A stretch of DNA of 64,000 bases from Octopus vulgaris. Its lineage: Eukaryota. The DNA is taken from positions 107,508,001 to 107,572,000 of the forward strand of contig OX597817.1 of assembly GCA_951406725.2 (NCBI GenBank), read 5' to 3'. This document shows, in pieces, positions 40,402 through 54,066 of the stretch (positions are counted from its first letter, which is position 1; each line of letters starts with the position of its first letter). The translations under genes were made by a program, and so were the position numbers. The notes beneath the pieces were generated by a model, which was given only the letters and a program-made list of their open reading frames with translations, was not told the origin of the DNA and ran no database searches.

Positions 40402-41004
40402 AGGAATTCTACTGGATTAAATAATATTTAAACTAGTAAAAAAAAATTACAAATTATTTATTTGATTACTGTAAATATATCCTTTTAATTTTTAACTCCA
40501 ATCTTTTGGCTTTTCTGAGTTAAAGGCTCCCACTATCATTTAAACTTGTGGCAGGGGGCCTGGACCATGGCTCTTACATAAATCCAGTCTTGATTATATC
40601 ATCCAAATATATGCTGTAATAGATAAATGAAAGAAACTCTTTGGGGAATTGTCAATCTGTGCTACATGTATTTACTGGGAGTTTGCCAGGCAAACAAAAG
40701 TCTTAAATCCGAGAGCAACACATAAATTCTGAATGGCTTATACAAATTTGTTAATCCGACAGAAACTTTGATAACTTAGCACTAAAAGGATCAGATGAAA
40801 TCACTCCTCCAACAAAGAAGAATGGAGGTCAGTAGAGAGGGGTGACATGCAGTGTTTATGATTTGTCACCATCAAAATTTGCCTCGTAACAGATTAACCA
40901 GTGATATGCAATATCAATTAGAATTTTTCAACTGCGTTTTCTGCTGAAGTAAAAAGACTGAAGAAAATTTGTCAAAAAAGTTGGGAAAAGGAACTAATGT
41001 TGTT

Positions 41005-41250
41005 TGACAGGATGAAAAAAGTGCATATTGTAGGGCTAGAAAGAAGGGGTGCACATTGTAAAACTGGTATAAGGAGGTTCACATTGCAGGCCTGGAAGAA
41101 GGAGGAACTTGTAGAAATGAGAAAAAGACTAGGACAATATAGAGCTTGAAAAAGAGGATGAACATTATAGGAATGAGAAAAGTAGGCATATATTGTAGTG
41201 TTGGAAGAAGTGGATTTATATTGAAAGGCTGGAAGTGGGTGTACACCTGA
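41005..41250. repeat. Degenerate minisatellite, unit about 28-30 bp
   Basis: About 8 units resembling GGTGCACATTGTAGGGCTGGAAGAAGG. Confidence 0.7.
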
Positions 41251-41611
41251 TGAACTGGATTGTTATCTGTATCTATGAAACATCATGTAATGTGAAGCAC
41301 TTTTAAATCTCACAACAGCTGTTGTGTACTATTTCCATTCATTTGCATGAACACACACATACATATTACACACACTGTGTATGAATGTATATACAGGCTT
41401 CCATAGTTTCCTTTGCTAAATTTCACTCATTGGCCAACCTAGGCTATGGTAGAGACATTTGCCCACACAGTATCTTACAGTGAGATTGAAATAAACTTCT
41501 TTACCAAATAACCATGCATTTATCTATCATTTTCTCCTCTTTTTCTCTCTCTCTCTCTCTCTCCCTCTCTCTCTTTCTGCTGAAAATTGTATCATGGCTA
41601 TCTTAATAGTG

Positions 41612-41818
41612 CAGGTGGCAGGAGAAAAGCACCTAATACTTGCAGTGAAGTGGTTGGTATTACAAAGGGCATCTAGTCGTAAAAATCATGCTAAAACAGA
41701 CATTGGAACTTGATGCAGTCCTTGGACACATTAGTTTCTGTCCAACCATCCAACTTATGCCAACATGGAGCATGGACATAATATGATGATGATGATGATG
41801 ACGACGATGATGATGATG
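41612..41818 (+). mobile_element. RTE-related 3' end with (GAT)n tail
   Basis: Homologous to the reverse complement of 62268-62445 (AAGCACC..GTGGTTGG..GCATC..CCATCCAAC..ATGCCA.CATGGA). Confidence 0.7.
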
Positions 41819-42127
41819 TATCTGATTGTGGGAAAAACTGCAGGTGTTGTTTTTAAGTACTAATATGTAAATTATCAATTGTATACCAAACTGTTTCAAT
41901 ATGATTGAATATTATTTACTAGTGTATCTGAAAGTGAGATATAATTCATGAAGTTTTCTTGATGTGAAGAGAGGTAGTTGTATACTAGTTTTTTAAATAC
42001 TGATTATTAAAATAGTCACAAAACCTCAAATTACTGGATGGATGAATGGCAAAAATTAGACCCTTATCCCTAAAAGATTCAAGTGGATAAAACAAGAATA
42101 ATTCCCTTGAATATTTTGGACATATTG

Positions 42128-42341
42128 AAGGCAGTGTGCTGGCAGAATCATAAGCATGCTATGCAAAATACTTAGTGGCATTTCTTCCTTCTTTACGTTC
42201 TTAGTTCAAATTCCAGCTAGGTCAACTTTACCTTTCATCTTTTGGGGGTTGATAAAATAAGTACCAGTTGAATACTGGGGGTTGGTGTAATTGACTTATC
42301 CTCTTCCCCAAAGTTGCTGGCCTTGTGCCAAACTTTGAAAC
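42128..42341 (+). mobile_element. SINE family B, CpG-decayed
   Basis: AAGGCAGTGTGCTGGCAGAATC..GTTCAAATTCC..GGCCTTGTGCCAAA. Confidence 0.8.
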
Positions 42342-42496
42342 CACTATTTTGAATATGCTGCTGTGATTGTTGTTCTTATAAGAGTGAGACAGGCCTGGTT
42401 ATTTTTATAAGAGTAACTAGCTGTTGTGGGTGTTTGCTGACTCCTACCAAGCTGACCCTATAATTAAAGGTATTCCCACCACAATCATCCTCACTC

Positions 42497-42866
42497 ATGG
42501 CTGTGTGGTTAAGAAGATTACTTTACAGCTACAGAGTTTTGGATTCAGACCCACAGCATGGTACCTTGAGAAAATGTCTCCTATTATAGCTCTGGGTTGA
42601 GCTATGCCTTGTGAGTAAATTTGGTAGACGTAAATTGTCAAGAAGCCCATTGTATATATACAAGTGTGTGTGTCTCCTCACTGCTTAGCAACCAGTGCTG
42701 GTTTGTTTACATCCCTGTAACTTAGTGGTTCAGCAAAAATGACTGATAGTATAAGTTCAAAATTCATAAAATATGCACTGGGGTCAATTTGCTCATGTAA
42801 ATCCCTTCAAAACGATGCCCCAGCATGGCTGTAGTTCAATGACTGAAACAAGTAAACGATAAAAGA
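42497..42866 (+). mobile_element. SINE family A, old copy
   Basis: ATGGCTGTGTGGTTAAG..TTGGTAGACG..TGACTGAAACAAGTAAA. Confidence 0.8.
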
Positions 42867-42980
42867 AAAAAAAACATAATGTAACTTTGACCACATTAAT
42901 CATTTAGCTTTTAAACTGGTCGTATCCAGCCCAAATTTTCTACCTGTTTTATGATATAATTGGACAGATCCAGCCTCCAA

Positions 42981-43345
42981 ATACTTTACACCATTAATGA
43001 TTTAAGATTTAAACAGCTTTCAAATATACAAGGAATAATAAAGCCATCATTCACAACCAAGGATGCACCATGCTTTAGAAACCTAGGTAGTCAGGGGTAG
43101 ATATAGACATCTTTTCAGCACCCCTCCTCCACTCACCCTTGACCCAGCAGCATATCCAGTATGTGAGAGCTGGAGTGAAAGAGAGCTGCACCAATACCTA
43201 GCCAGTACACATTTATATACTGAAGTAATATGAAATGTTGCCTTTTCTGATCAAGGAATTGAACCCAGGACATCATAACCATGAGCTGAATCAAACACCC
43301 CTAACCACTAGGCCAGGTTTTTTTCAGTTTCCATCCACCAAATTC
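42981..43345 (-). repeat. 365-bp perfect inverted copy of 44220-44584
   Basis: No mismatch seen; inserted inside the piggyBac-like MITE at 42896-43469. Confidence 0.92.
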
Positions 43346-44219
43346 TACAATTTAATTTCAAAAATATACACTCACATCATTGAAATCTTGAAGCTACAAG
43401 ATAATGCATGATTAATTTATAACAGTGTGAATTAAATTTGACAGAATAATCTGAATGCTAAAAGGTTAACAAGTAAAATGGTAAGGTGTAGTTTGAGCGA
43501 TATTGAGTAACCCTACAGAGGCTCTGTTATTGGTTTGTTACTAAGTATTTGTTGAAACCCATTTTTATGTGGTTTATTTGATGTAGGGATGAGATCATTG
43601 AGTTTTGGCTTTTGAAACCATATTTGGAATATGTATGTTTGCTGGATATACTTCACACTGTTCCAAACTTTTTTTTTTCAAAAATACTGTTACTACCACT
43701 ATTGCTGCTGCTACTGTTGCTGCCATTACCATCATCCCCACCAATACCTCTGCTACTGCCACCTCCACAACCATCACCACCTCTACTGCCGCTGCAACCA
43801 CTACTACCATTTTTTAAATTATTAGAGTGTAGTCAAAGGGAAATTTGATTACAGTTTCTAGCAGATCAAATAATCTGCATAAACTCCTTCATTGGTTCAT
43901 TTACATAGATTTAAGTAGATTGGTGTCAGTATTTCATATCATGTAGCATGTGTATGAAGTATGTGATAGCCACAGCTTATAAAATTTTTAGTTGTGTTAA
44001 TTTGGTTTGACTTGTAAGTTTACTTGGTTTTGCCATTTTGCTCACTAAAATTAGTTTGTTTCTAACATTTCTAGATGTGCTTGTAGTTTTTTTTTTCGAT
44101 GAGTGCTGTGATAAGAGACTTGCTTCTCAACCATGAGATCTTGAGTTCAATCTTATTGCATAAGTACATTGGGCAAATGCCTTCTACTAAAGCCCTTGGC
44201 TGATCAAAGACTTGTGAAT

Positions 44220-44584
44220 GAATTTGGTGGATGGAAACTGAAAAAAACCTGGCCTAGTGGTTAGGGGTGTTTGATTCAGCTCATGGTTATGATGTCCTGG
44301 GTTCAATTCCTTGATCAGAAAAGGCAACATTTCATATTACTTCAGTATATAAATGTGTACTGGCTAGGTATTGGTGCAGCTCTCTTTCACTCCAGCTCTC
44401 ACATACTGGATATGCTGCTGGGTCAAGGGTGAGTGGAGGAGGGGTGCTGAAAAGATGTCTATATCTACCCCTGACTACCTAGGTTTCTAAAGCATGGTGC
44501 ATCCTTGGTTGTGAATGATGGCTTTATTATTCCTTGTATATTTGAAAGCTGTTTAAATCTTAAATCATTAATGGTGTAAAGTAT
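44220..44584 (+). repeat. Source arm of the 365-bp inverted duplication
   Basis: Spans the end of a SINE A fragment, a tRNA-like head (TGGCCTAGTGG..GGTTCAATTCC) and flanking DNA. Confidence 0.92.
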
Positions 44585-45277
44585 AAAATTCCCAGATTTA
44601 AATGACAAAACAAAAGACTAGAATCTATTGTGCATATGAGAATACTTAGCATAATGTTATTATAATCAACTCTGATGGAGAAAACCTTTAACAAAGGCAT
44701 TACAATCATGACAGCCCTCTCCTTTTTTAGGAGTATGTATGTAGGACTATATTACCTAATATAAGACTGCTGGGAGTGATTTCAGACAGATTTGGTTACT
44801 ATTTCTAGAAGATTAAGAAACCATATAGGGGCTAATTTAGCATATTTAAGGTTATGACAACAGTTCGTATTTCTCATTTACACAATCATTGTTCTTGTTC
44901 CTTTGCTGTAGATCAGTTCTCAGTGTTTTGAGCCATAGCTGTCCTATCTTTTCCTTAAGCTTTGCATGTCAAGATGATAGGCTGTAAAGAGAGAGATTTG
45001 GTCTCTTCTTCAAGCAGAAGGAGAACCCTTTATAATGGTTCTTTTTAGCTTGTGATTTACAAAGTTTTTCTCTTAGGAAAAATAACATCTTGAAGAGGAA
45101 TAAGAAAATATATGAACTGACAAAAACTAATTTCAGAACTAAGAAGTAAAAAATAAGGCATGGCAATGCATGTACATTTGATGCATTACCATCTGAAGAC
45201 TGCTTTGATATTTTAGAAACTTAAGAATACATTAGTAGATGGCTATTAACTCTTTAACATGGAAATCAGATGTATTT

Positions 45278-45662
45278 GGTGTGGCTGTGTGATAAGAAGT
45301 TTGCTTCTTAACCATATGGTTCTGGATTCAGTCCCATTGTATGGTACCTTAGGCAACTGTTTTTTCTTGGCCTAACCAAAGGCATGTGAGTGGATTTGGT
45401 TGATGGAAACTGAAAGAAGCCTGTTGTATATATATCTATGTGTATGTATCTTTGTGTGTGTGTTTGTCTCCCACTACTTCTTGCCAACCAGTGCTGTGTG
45501 TTTACGTCCCCATAACTAAGCATTTCAGCAAAGAGACTGATAGAATAAGTACCAGGCTTAAAAAATAAGTACTGGAGCTGATTGGTTTGACTAAAAGAAT
45601 TCTCCCAAGGCAGTCCTCCTGTATGGTGTCTAATGACTGAAACAAGATAAAAGATAAAAGAT
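45278..45662 (+). mobile_element. SINE family A
   Basis: GGTGTGGCTGTGTGATAAGAAG..GGAAACTGAAAGAAGCC..TGACTGAAACAAGATAAAAG. Confidence 0.85.
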
Positions 45663-45954
45663 ACTAAAAATTTCATTACACTTTAATGTGTAAAGCAGTT
45701 TTATATTCAAATCCGCTTTTGTTGAGGATTGTCATGTTTGAAAATATCTTTTGTTGAAGTATGTCAAGTTCATTATGAGATAAGGTGACTTTCAGGGAAT
45801 GCCAATTCGATGTTTTGGTTGATAATTAACATCATTATGGGAATAGCCATGAAACTGAATTATACAGTTGAAGGGTTAAAATGATTCTATGATTGGTTTG
45901 GCTTGGACATTCAACTTCTAATAGAATTGTAAGAGTGAAATACTGACATTACTC

Positions 45955-46330
45955 TCCTCCATCTGTAGTGGTTGTGTGCCAGAGTTTGTGTCTTCACTAA
46001 CAATTTGCTTGCTCATTTCTCAATATTGTCTGTCAATATTTTTGGTCTGTCTACCTCTCCGTAGTTCCTTAGAGAATGGTTGTTGCACTGGCTTATACTA
46101 CATGGTTATACCATCTCAGTTTTCTGTGTTTCATCATTGTGAGAAGGTATTCACAGGAGCCAATGCAATGCTGGATGGTTTTGAAAATCTACAGATTTGG
46201 GATGTGGTTCAAGTACAAGATGCTTAAGATGTTGTGGTAGCATCTCATTTCTGGTGCCTATATCTTACTCTGTATCTCTGCAATAAGAATCCATGTCTTT
46301 GACTGAGTAATATCAATAAAGACTTTTGGG
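45955..46330 (-). pseudogene. RTE-clade LINE ORF C-terminal fragment
   Basis: AEIQSKI*APEMRCYHNILSI..LLTMMKHRKLRWYNHV. Confidence 0.75.
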
Positions 46331-47105
46331 GATTTTTGTTGTTGGTTGTGGAGGAAGTATCTATGTAGTCACTCAGATGCAAGAAATTACAACCAAATCT
46401 TCCTGAAATCACATCCCACCATCTTGAAAAAGAAAGGACTATTTGACAGTCTTTTTCAAGATGAGGACTGCCTTTGATTGTCAATAATGTTGTTTTTGTC
46501 ATTGCTGTTTAGCTCTGAGCAAGCTTTGACTTAGAACTAAAGAACAACAATGGCATTGACAGTCCATAACATTAATAATAGAAGATGACTGCAACCAATT
46601 GCTGATCTTCAACATTTGCATAAGGAATTTTGTAACTTTTATTAGAATATGCTTTTTTGTATATATCTAAGAATACATTGTTCAATGTTGCCTTCCTTTC
46701 TTAAGATGGTAGTTATGGTGGGGTATAGTTTGAAGGAGATTTTGACTACTTTTTTCAGCTAGTTAAGTGATCAAAAAAGCATAGTTGTACACTGATAAGT
46801 TGTGCTTCCTTATTTCAATTATAACTAGTTATTATAAAATTTTCTAATCCCTGTATTGTAGAATAGGTAAATCATATCACTGTGTTTTATAAGTGGTGAC
46901 TAAAAGGGCTGGCCTGAGAAAGGGCATCTGGTCATAAAACACTGCCTCAAAAACCATCTGATCTTTACAGCATAGAAAAGTGAATGCAAAACAGATGATG
47001 ATGATGACAATTAGTTTATTTACCTCATGATCATAGCAGTTAATATTTTCTCCAGCTCTAGCAAACAAGAAGATACACTCTGTATTGCCAAACCTAAATA
47101 TATAT

Positions 47106-48403
47106 TATCAGGTTGAGTAAAAAGTAAGCAATGTTTTGAACTATGAAGAATTTGTACCAGATTTTTGCAGTTTTTAATTTTTTTAAATATTCTTTTTGCA
47201 ATTGTCTGATAATACAAACATAGACTTGCTCAACTGTATCAATAAATTAACATTGATATGTTTTTCACTGTTGTTACAATCATCTGAAATGGAACTGTCA
47301 AAGTATGATATTTGAGCAATTTTGCTATTCAACTTCAAAAAAAGGACATAAAGCAGCTGAAACTGCTGGAAATATCAACACAATGTCTGGTGCAGAAATG
47401 ACTAGTGAGTGGTCAGCTCGAAAAGGGTTTAAACAATTTTGCAGTGGAGACCTGAGTGTTGTGGACGCTCATCTGTCATAGATCGTGAGCATAGTAGACA
47501 CCCAACTGTCATCGATGATGGTTAATTAAAGACTGTCATTGAGAAAGATCCATGTAAAACCACTTGAGGGCTGGCAAAGGAACTTCAAGTTAGCCAGAAA
47601 ACTACCTGCAACCATTTGCATGTGATCGGAAAATCAAAAAACTCGACAATTGGGTACCACACGATTTGAATGAAAATCAGAAAATGCACAGATATGAAAT
47701 ATGCTTGTCACTTCTTCTCTGTAACCAGACTGAATCATTTCTTGACTGTATTGTAACTTGTGATGAAAAGCGGATTCTGTACAATAATAAAAAATATTCT
47801 TTGCAGTGATTGGACCAAAGTGAAGCACTGGAAACCTTCCCTAAACCTGAGCTCTTCAAAAAAACAAAAGGTTATGGTGACTGTTTGGTGGCGTACTGCT
47901 GGACTCATCCACTATAACTTCTTAGAACCCAGAAAAACCATTACTACAGAAACATATTGCCATGAAATTGCCAAAATGAACAAAACACTGCTACTCCTAA
48001 GTCCCAGACTGGTCAACAGAAGAGGGCCAATCATTCTTCATGACAATGCTCAATCACACATTTCCCTAATGACACTCCAGAAGTTGAGAGAACTTGGCTA
48101 TGATGTTCTTCCCCACCCAGCTTATTCTCAGATCTTTCTCCTACTAACTACCACTTTTTCAAGCATCTTGATGGTTTCCTGTGAGAGAAGGAGTTCAAAA
48201 ATCAAATTGATGCTGAAAGTGTTTTCAAAGAGTTCATCAGCTCCAGAACTCCAGATTTACTGGAATAAACAAACTTATAACTCGGCAGATATGTGTTGAT
48301 TGTAATGATACTTACTTTGATGAATAAAATTTCTGCATTGTTGAAATATATTGTGATGAATTTCATGTTTCAAAATGTTGCTTACTTTTTACTCAGCCTG
48401 ATA
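47106..48403 (+). mobile_element. Full-length mariner transposon with inactivated transposase
   Basis: TIRs TATCAGGTTGAGTAAAAAGTAAGCAA / TTGCTTACTTTTTACTCAGCCTGATA; ATG at 47289; WVPHDL, IVTCDEK, HDNAQSH, HPAYS-DLSPTNYHFF; stops and frameshifts. Confidence 0.93.
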
Positions 48404-49367
48404 TTTATGGTTACAAAGGTATTCAGACATACTTCAAACCTGATAAAAACAGCCAACATACTTTTAGTATGAATTATAAGCACAAAACATATGTAGCCTT
48501 ATTGTGTATAATATAGTTCTAAATTTTCTCAATTGGAAGTAAATGGGCTTCCTGTTTCATAAGTGGGAAGTAAAGACTTGAGCTAGCAATAGGAGAAATA
48601 GGAACTCCTAAATTTTGATAATTTTTATCTTATTTAAATATTTTTTGTTTGCTTTTCATCTTTTTTTTTTAATATCTAAGGAAAGGAATTACTTTTGAAA
48701 TTAAGAAGTAGTATATGAGTGAGATGATTTTCCTTTCCTAGAAAGTAAAGAATCAAAAATAGCAATAATTAAAATAAAGGAGTATTCATCTGGGTACAGT
48801 TATGCTTACGGAAATAGAAGCCAAATCTCCCTCAAGTAATACCCAGTCATCTCACTTACTATCTTATGTAGTGTTTATTTCCTGATTGATAATCCTTTAA
48901 TTTGAATCTCATCCTTGAAACTGTGCATTTGTACAAGGCAGTAAAATCTCTTATTTCACTGCATGATGCAGTAATGGAGGACTGAATGAAGTGTTGTTTT
49001 AAAAATTAGTTTTTAAAACTGAAATCTCTTTAATTAAAAATTAATGATGCTTGGCCACTACCAAGCCAATGTTGATAGAGCTGTAGACGTATGATCAAAC
49101 ACATTCCAGTCATGACCAGCCTGCCTTTCATATTTTTAATAATTTTTGTATCCATGACTACATCAACTAAAGTGTCTCCTTTTATGTGATTTGATAAAAA
49201 TTTTGAGGCATTTTTGATGCATGTTGAGTGACCATGTAAAAGCTCCTTCATTTGTGTATGAAAATTTTATGTGAAGTTTGGTGCCTTACAGCAATGAGAT
49301 TATTCAAGATCTCTCTCAGCAGGAAGTCACTACCATTGTCATTTTAATATCCATTTTACCATGCTGG

Positions 49368-50130
49368 CTTTGGTGTGTGGTATGCTTGCTTCCCAACCAC
49401 ATGTTTCTGGGTTTAGTCCCACTGCATGGCACCTTGGGCAAGTGTCTACTATATGCCTCTGGCTGACCAAAGCCTTGTGAGTGGATTTGGTAGACAGAAA
49501 CTGAAAGAAGCTTGTGTGTGAATATATAGGCGCAGGCATGGCTGTGTGGTAAGTAGCTTGCTTACCAACCACATGGTTCTGGGTTCAGTCCCACTGTGTG
49601 GCACCTTAGGCAAGTGTCTTCTACTATAGTCTCGGGCTAACCAAAGCCTTGTGAGTGGATTTGGTAGACGGAAACTGAAAGAAACCTGTCGTATATATAT
49701 ATATATGTTGGTATATCAGTGTTTGTCCCCCAACCATCACTTGACAACCAATGCTGGTGTGTTTATGTCCCTGTAACTTAGTGGTTTGGCAAAAGAGACC
49801 GATAGAATAAATACTAGGCTTACAAAGAATAAGTTTTGGGGATGATTTGTTTGACTAAAGGCTGTACTCCAGCATGGCTGCAGTCACATGACTGAAACAA
49901 ATAAAAAAAAAGAATAAAATGTGTGTCTTTGTTCCCCACCACCGCTTGACAACCAGTGTTAGTGTGTTTACATCCCTATAACTTAGTGTTTCGGCAAAGA
50001 GACCAATAAAATAAGTGCCAGGCTTAAAAAAAAGTAAAAGTGTTGGGGTCAATTCATTTGATTAAAAATTCTTCAAGGAGGTGCCCTAGCATGGTTACAA
50101 TCTAATGACTGAAACAAGTAAAAGATGAAA
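49368..50130 (+). mobile_element. Nested SINE family A copies (younger copy 49528-49918 inside the microsatellite of an older one)
   Basis: Order is head1 (49368-49520), full copy, tail1 (49920-50130). Confidence 0.85.
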
Positions 50131-50440
50131 AATATATCATCATTGTCATTTAACATCCACCTACTACTTTTCCATGCTTGCATGGGTCAGATGAAATTTT
50201 TTGAGGCAGATTCTTAATGGCCAAATGCTCTTCTTATCACCAACACTCACCTGTTTCCAAGCAAGATAATATTTCTCCATGTCCCCAAGTGTTTTTCATG
50301 GAAGAAGACTGAAAACACACAACATTCACTTGTGTGATGGTGATGCTTGTTTACAACCATATTGTCAGAACAAAAATACACTCAAATGCAAATACATACA
50401 GGTTTCTTGCAGTTCCCATCTATCAACACATACATATGTA

Positions 50441-50485
<45 letters not shown>

Positions 50486-50486
<1 letters not shown>

Positions 50487-50776
50487 AAGCCTTGTGAGTG
50501 GATTTGGCAGACGGAAACTGAAAGAAGCCTGTCGTATATATGTGTATATATATATATGCATGTGTGTGTATAAGTTTGTGTGTCTGTGTTTGTCCCTCTA
50601 GCATTGCTTGACGACCGATGCTGGTGTGTTTACGTCCCCGTCACTTAGCGGTTCGGCAAAAGAGACCGATAGAATAAGTACTGGGCTTACAAAGAATAAG
50701 TCCCGGGGTCGATTTGCTCGACTAAAGGCGGTGCTCCAGCATGGCCGCAGTCAAATGACTGAAACAAGTAAAAGAG
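50486..50776 (+). mobile_element. SINE family A, young 5'-truncated copy
   Basis: CpGs intact: GACGACCGATGCTGG..GGGGTCGATTTGCTCGACTAAAGGCGG. Confidence 0.85.
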
Positions 50777-51060
50777 TATATATACATGGAAGGTTTGGAG
50801 ATGATGAAGAGGTATTTTATATTAGAAGAAATGAGGTACTCAGAAAATCGGATGGTTTATATTTACAGATATTTATTTGTATATTACATTTTTTATACAT
50901 CATATAAGGTGGTGCTATTAAGTTAGACATGGCCTGGGCCAATAATGGCCGAAACCTATCAAAGTATAACTTAGATCATGTATTAGCGCTTTCTCTCATT
51001 CTAGTGGGGTTTTCAAATCAAACTAAGTTCCTGTGTGAAAAGTTTTGACCATTTTATAGT

Positions 51061-51108
<48 letters not shown>

Positions 51109-51279
51109 TATGTGTGTGTGTGTGTATACATATTGTTGAGTGTGGAGAAAGGAAAAAGAACAATGATTGTGTAAATGAGAAATACTAACAGTTGTCATAA
51201 CCTTAAATATGCTAAATTAGCCCCTATATGGTTTCTTAACCTGCTAGAAATAGTAACCAAATCTGTCTGCAAGTCAACT

Positions 51280-51730
51280 CCTAGAGGAGAAGCATGAAAA
51301 GGGAAATTCCAGAAGGCTGATGTTCTGATGAGAGAGGACTGGGCACAATGACAACGAAGACTTAAGATGGTCAGATGCACCAAGAGTGACAAGAGGTGGA
51401 AAGATGAGTAGGTCGTGGGGTTAAATGAAGGGGGTACAAAACAAGCTTGTTTTAAGGCACTGAGGCCATTATAGACAGAAAAGACAGGGGGACCTAGACC
51501 AAAGGCAGCAGCAAGTCGTTTGAGGATTTAATTCCAATTAGTTGACTGGCCCTTCTCTGGATGCAGTCCAGGATATATGTGTGCATGTATGTGGTACCAG
51601 CACTGTCCAAGATATGGGAGCAGTACACTGCTGCAGGTCTTATTTGAGCTTTGTAGAGTGTCAGCCTCTGTCGAAGGTTAGATATTTTCTGGATCTGAAG
51701 CAAGAGCCAGTTTTGGGGATACAGCTCTAG
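51280..51730 (-). pseudogene. CR1/Jockey-group LINE 3' fragment
   Basis: QRLTLYKAQIRPAAVYCSHILD..LDCIQRRASQLIG; downstream RTSAFWN. Confidence 0.75.
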
Positions 51731-51769
51731 TTAATGTATGTGCTTTTACCAAAAGTTTTCTTTTTTGTA

Positions 51770-51982
51770 TTAACCCTTTAACATTCAGATTATTCTGTCT
51801 AATGCAATGCTTTCTTATTTGCATTGTTTTGAATTACACATGCATTATCTTTTTGTGTTGAGATTTCAATGGTGTGATTGTTTATTTTTTACAATGACAT
51901 AAGATAGATATGAGAGGCTGAATATGGCCAGTCCCAACACAAAATGGGCAGAATATGGCTGGTGTAAATGCTAAAGGGTTAA
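51770..51982. mobile_element. piggyBac-like MITE
   Basis: TTAACCCTTTAACATT..AATGCTAAAGGGTTAA. Confidence 0.8.
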
Positions 51983-52912
51983 TGATCCAAAAATACGATT
52001 TTAGAAAAATCTAAAAATAATTAGTTTGGTAAGTAAATGTTTTAAAAATAATGTTCTCTAGAAATTGTTGTTCTTGCTAGTTAAATATCATCAATCACAA
52101 CACTAACTTATGGAAAAGTACCATCATTCTTTGATAAAAAATTAAGTTATTTCCCATAAAAAAACAACCAAGATTTCAAATGATCTCATTGAGTTTATAT
52201 GCAATTTGTAAGTTACAGAAATTTTTATCCTCGGTTCACATTATGAGATAAACATCATCTTTCAAAGATGATTCCATACCTTTAAAGCAGCAAGGTCACT
52301 TGGTGGTAGTATTGCAATTAAGCTTTACAGCTAGCTATAAATAGTAAAACTGTAACTGAAGAGATCACCATCCATCATAAATTTTGCCCCATCCAAATCT
52401 ATTTGGGAAGAACTCCAGAGTATATTCTGGTAAAAGAAAAACCATACCTAATTCAAGTGACCACCGTTTTACTCACTCATTCTTTCATCTTCACTGACAC
52501 AATAATGATTATTTTACATTAAACATTCTCACCATTTGTAACAATTACAAATTTGTCAATTATCTCAGTATTTAACAAACAAGATTATAAACTTGGATAA
52601 TTTAGCATCAGGATATGCGACTCATGATTTAATAGCTATGAAACAGTTTTCATTATTTATCAGCGTTAAGTCCCACTATAATTAAAACTCTTGTTTAGTT
52701 TTGATTTTATGATTAAGTAATTATTTTCTAAATACCTGAAACGTGGCTATTCCGTCTAACTTATCTCACTGGCCATTAAAGAAAAATACCTTTGTAAAAA
52801 ATAGTCTCTACCGTTTTTCAGAACTCTAAAATATATACACCTCACGGTTTATTTTGGTTTCTGCTATATTATTCCATTTAAATGCAAGCAGACATATATA
52901 TATATATATCTT

Positions 52913-52947
<35 letters not shown>

Positions 52948-53554
52948 TTAGTACACTTACATATGCTAGAATAGAGAGTGATCATATCATTTCTCAAGTT
53001 TATTTTATTCACTGAGTATGGAACCTATAGATATTCACATTTAAAAAGAAAATGTCATGCCGTACTTTCCTGTTACAAAAGTTGCTGTATTTCATCCAGC
53101 TAGCAGTGTTAACATAAAATCAATATCTGATTAAATATTAGAAGCTTCACGGGAAAAATCCTATGAAAATTCTACCTCGTTTAACTTTGAAAATTCCATT
53201 TGTTTACTAACGATCGACTTCAGTTTGGTTTAAATTTCTTTGTTTTTAGTGATCAAAATTGGAATTCATAGAGCGTTTCTCGACATTCGTAATGTTATAT
53301 AATCATTAAAGCAATAATGAAATGAATTCAGAAGAAAAAAAAAATCAATTAAAAAAATTGTAAAACTGCAAAAACACCAACTCGTTCTGAAATGGAATTC
53401 ATATTAAGGCATTCTGCAGAGAATCTATAGATTCTCATGAAGAACTTACGTAATTAAGAGTAAGATAAGACACAACAAATATATAATATGTATACTGTAA
53501 TAATATATATAGTCAGAAAGCTATACTTTTGGTAAGAATTTATATCATAGCGAT

Positions 53555-53660
53555 AACTACGCGATTCGAAACTGTCATGTGTGTACTGGCAGTGACCGCC
53601 GACAGTCGCGAGTACGCATGTCCGTCCTTTGGAGGGCGGAAGTCATTCTAACGGAGTTAC
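53555..53660 (+). promoter_or_regulatory. Candidate TATA-less housekeeping-type promoter
   Basis: CpG cluster with TCGCGA, CGCATG, and GGGCGG overlapping the ETS motif CGGAAGT, in a transposon-poor stretch. Confidence 0.6.
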
Positions 53661-54066
53661 TAGCAATACAAAGTGAAGGTGAACGAAGCCTCTCCTGCTG
53701 TTGTTGCTGCTGCCTCTGCTGCTGCTGCTGCTGCTGTCATTAGCTTTCACTTTTGGCCTCCCACTCGCTTCCAGTCCGCCGCTCATATATCTCTCTCGCT
53801 CTATCTCTATCAATCACTTTCTGTCTTTCTCTCTCTATCACTCTCTCTCTCTCTCTCCCCACCCACTAACAGGACAAGTCGTTCATTCTATGTGTATGTT
53901 GCGCTTCTCTATTCCGTACTTTGTGGACGGCCTTGTGAAAGAAAACTGTCCAGCGGCACTTTGCTAGTCAGTGGAGCTAAAACATCAACCGGACAAAACC
54001 CCCCTACGGAATTGCTTGATATCCTTGTTAGTACTAATACAAGGACCACTTTTTTTTTCCATAAAG
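53645..54066 (+). other. Probable non-coding first exon (5' UTR) of an unidentified host gene
   Basis: Follows the promoter motifs; contains (CTG)n and (CT)n; ends at donor AAG|GTAACT followed by pyrimidine-rich intron-like DNA; start is approximate. Confidence 0.5.

Noticed and set aside
41005-41250. Regularly spaced repeats as a CRISPR array
   Set aside because: Eukaryotic context, degenerate adjacent units with no unique spacers, and no cas genes.
50930-50965. GGCC-AATAAT-GGCC-GAAACC, resembling hammerhead stem II and GAAA
   Set aside because: CUGANGA and stem III are missing; at most a remnant.
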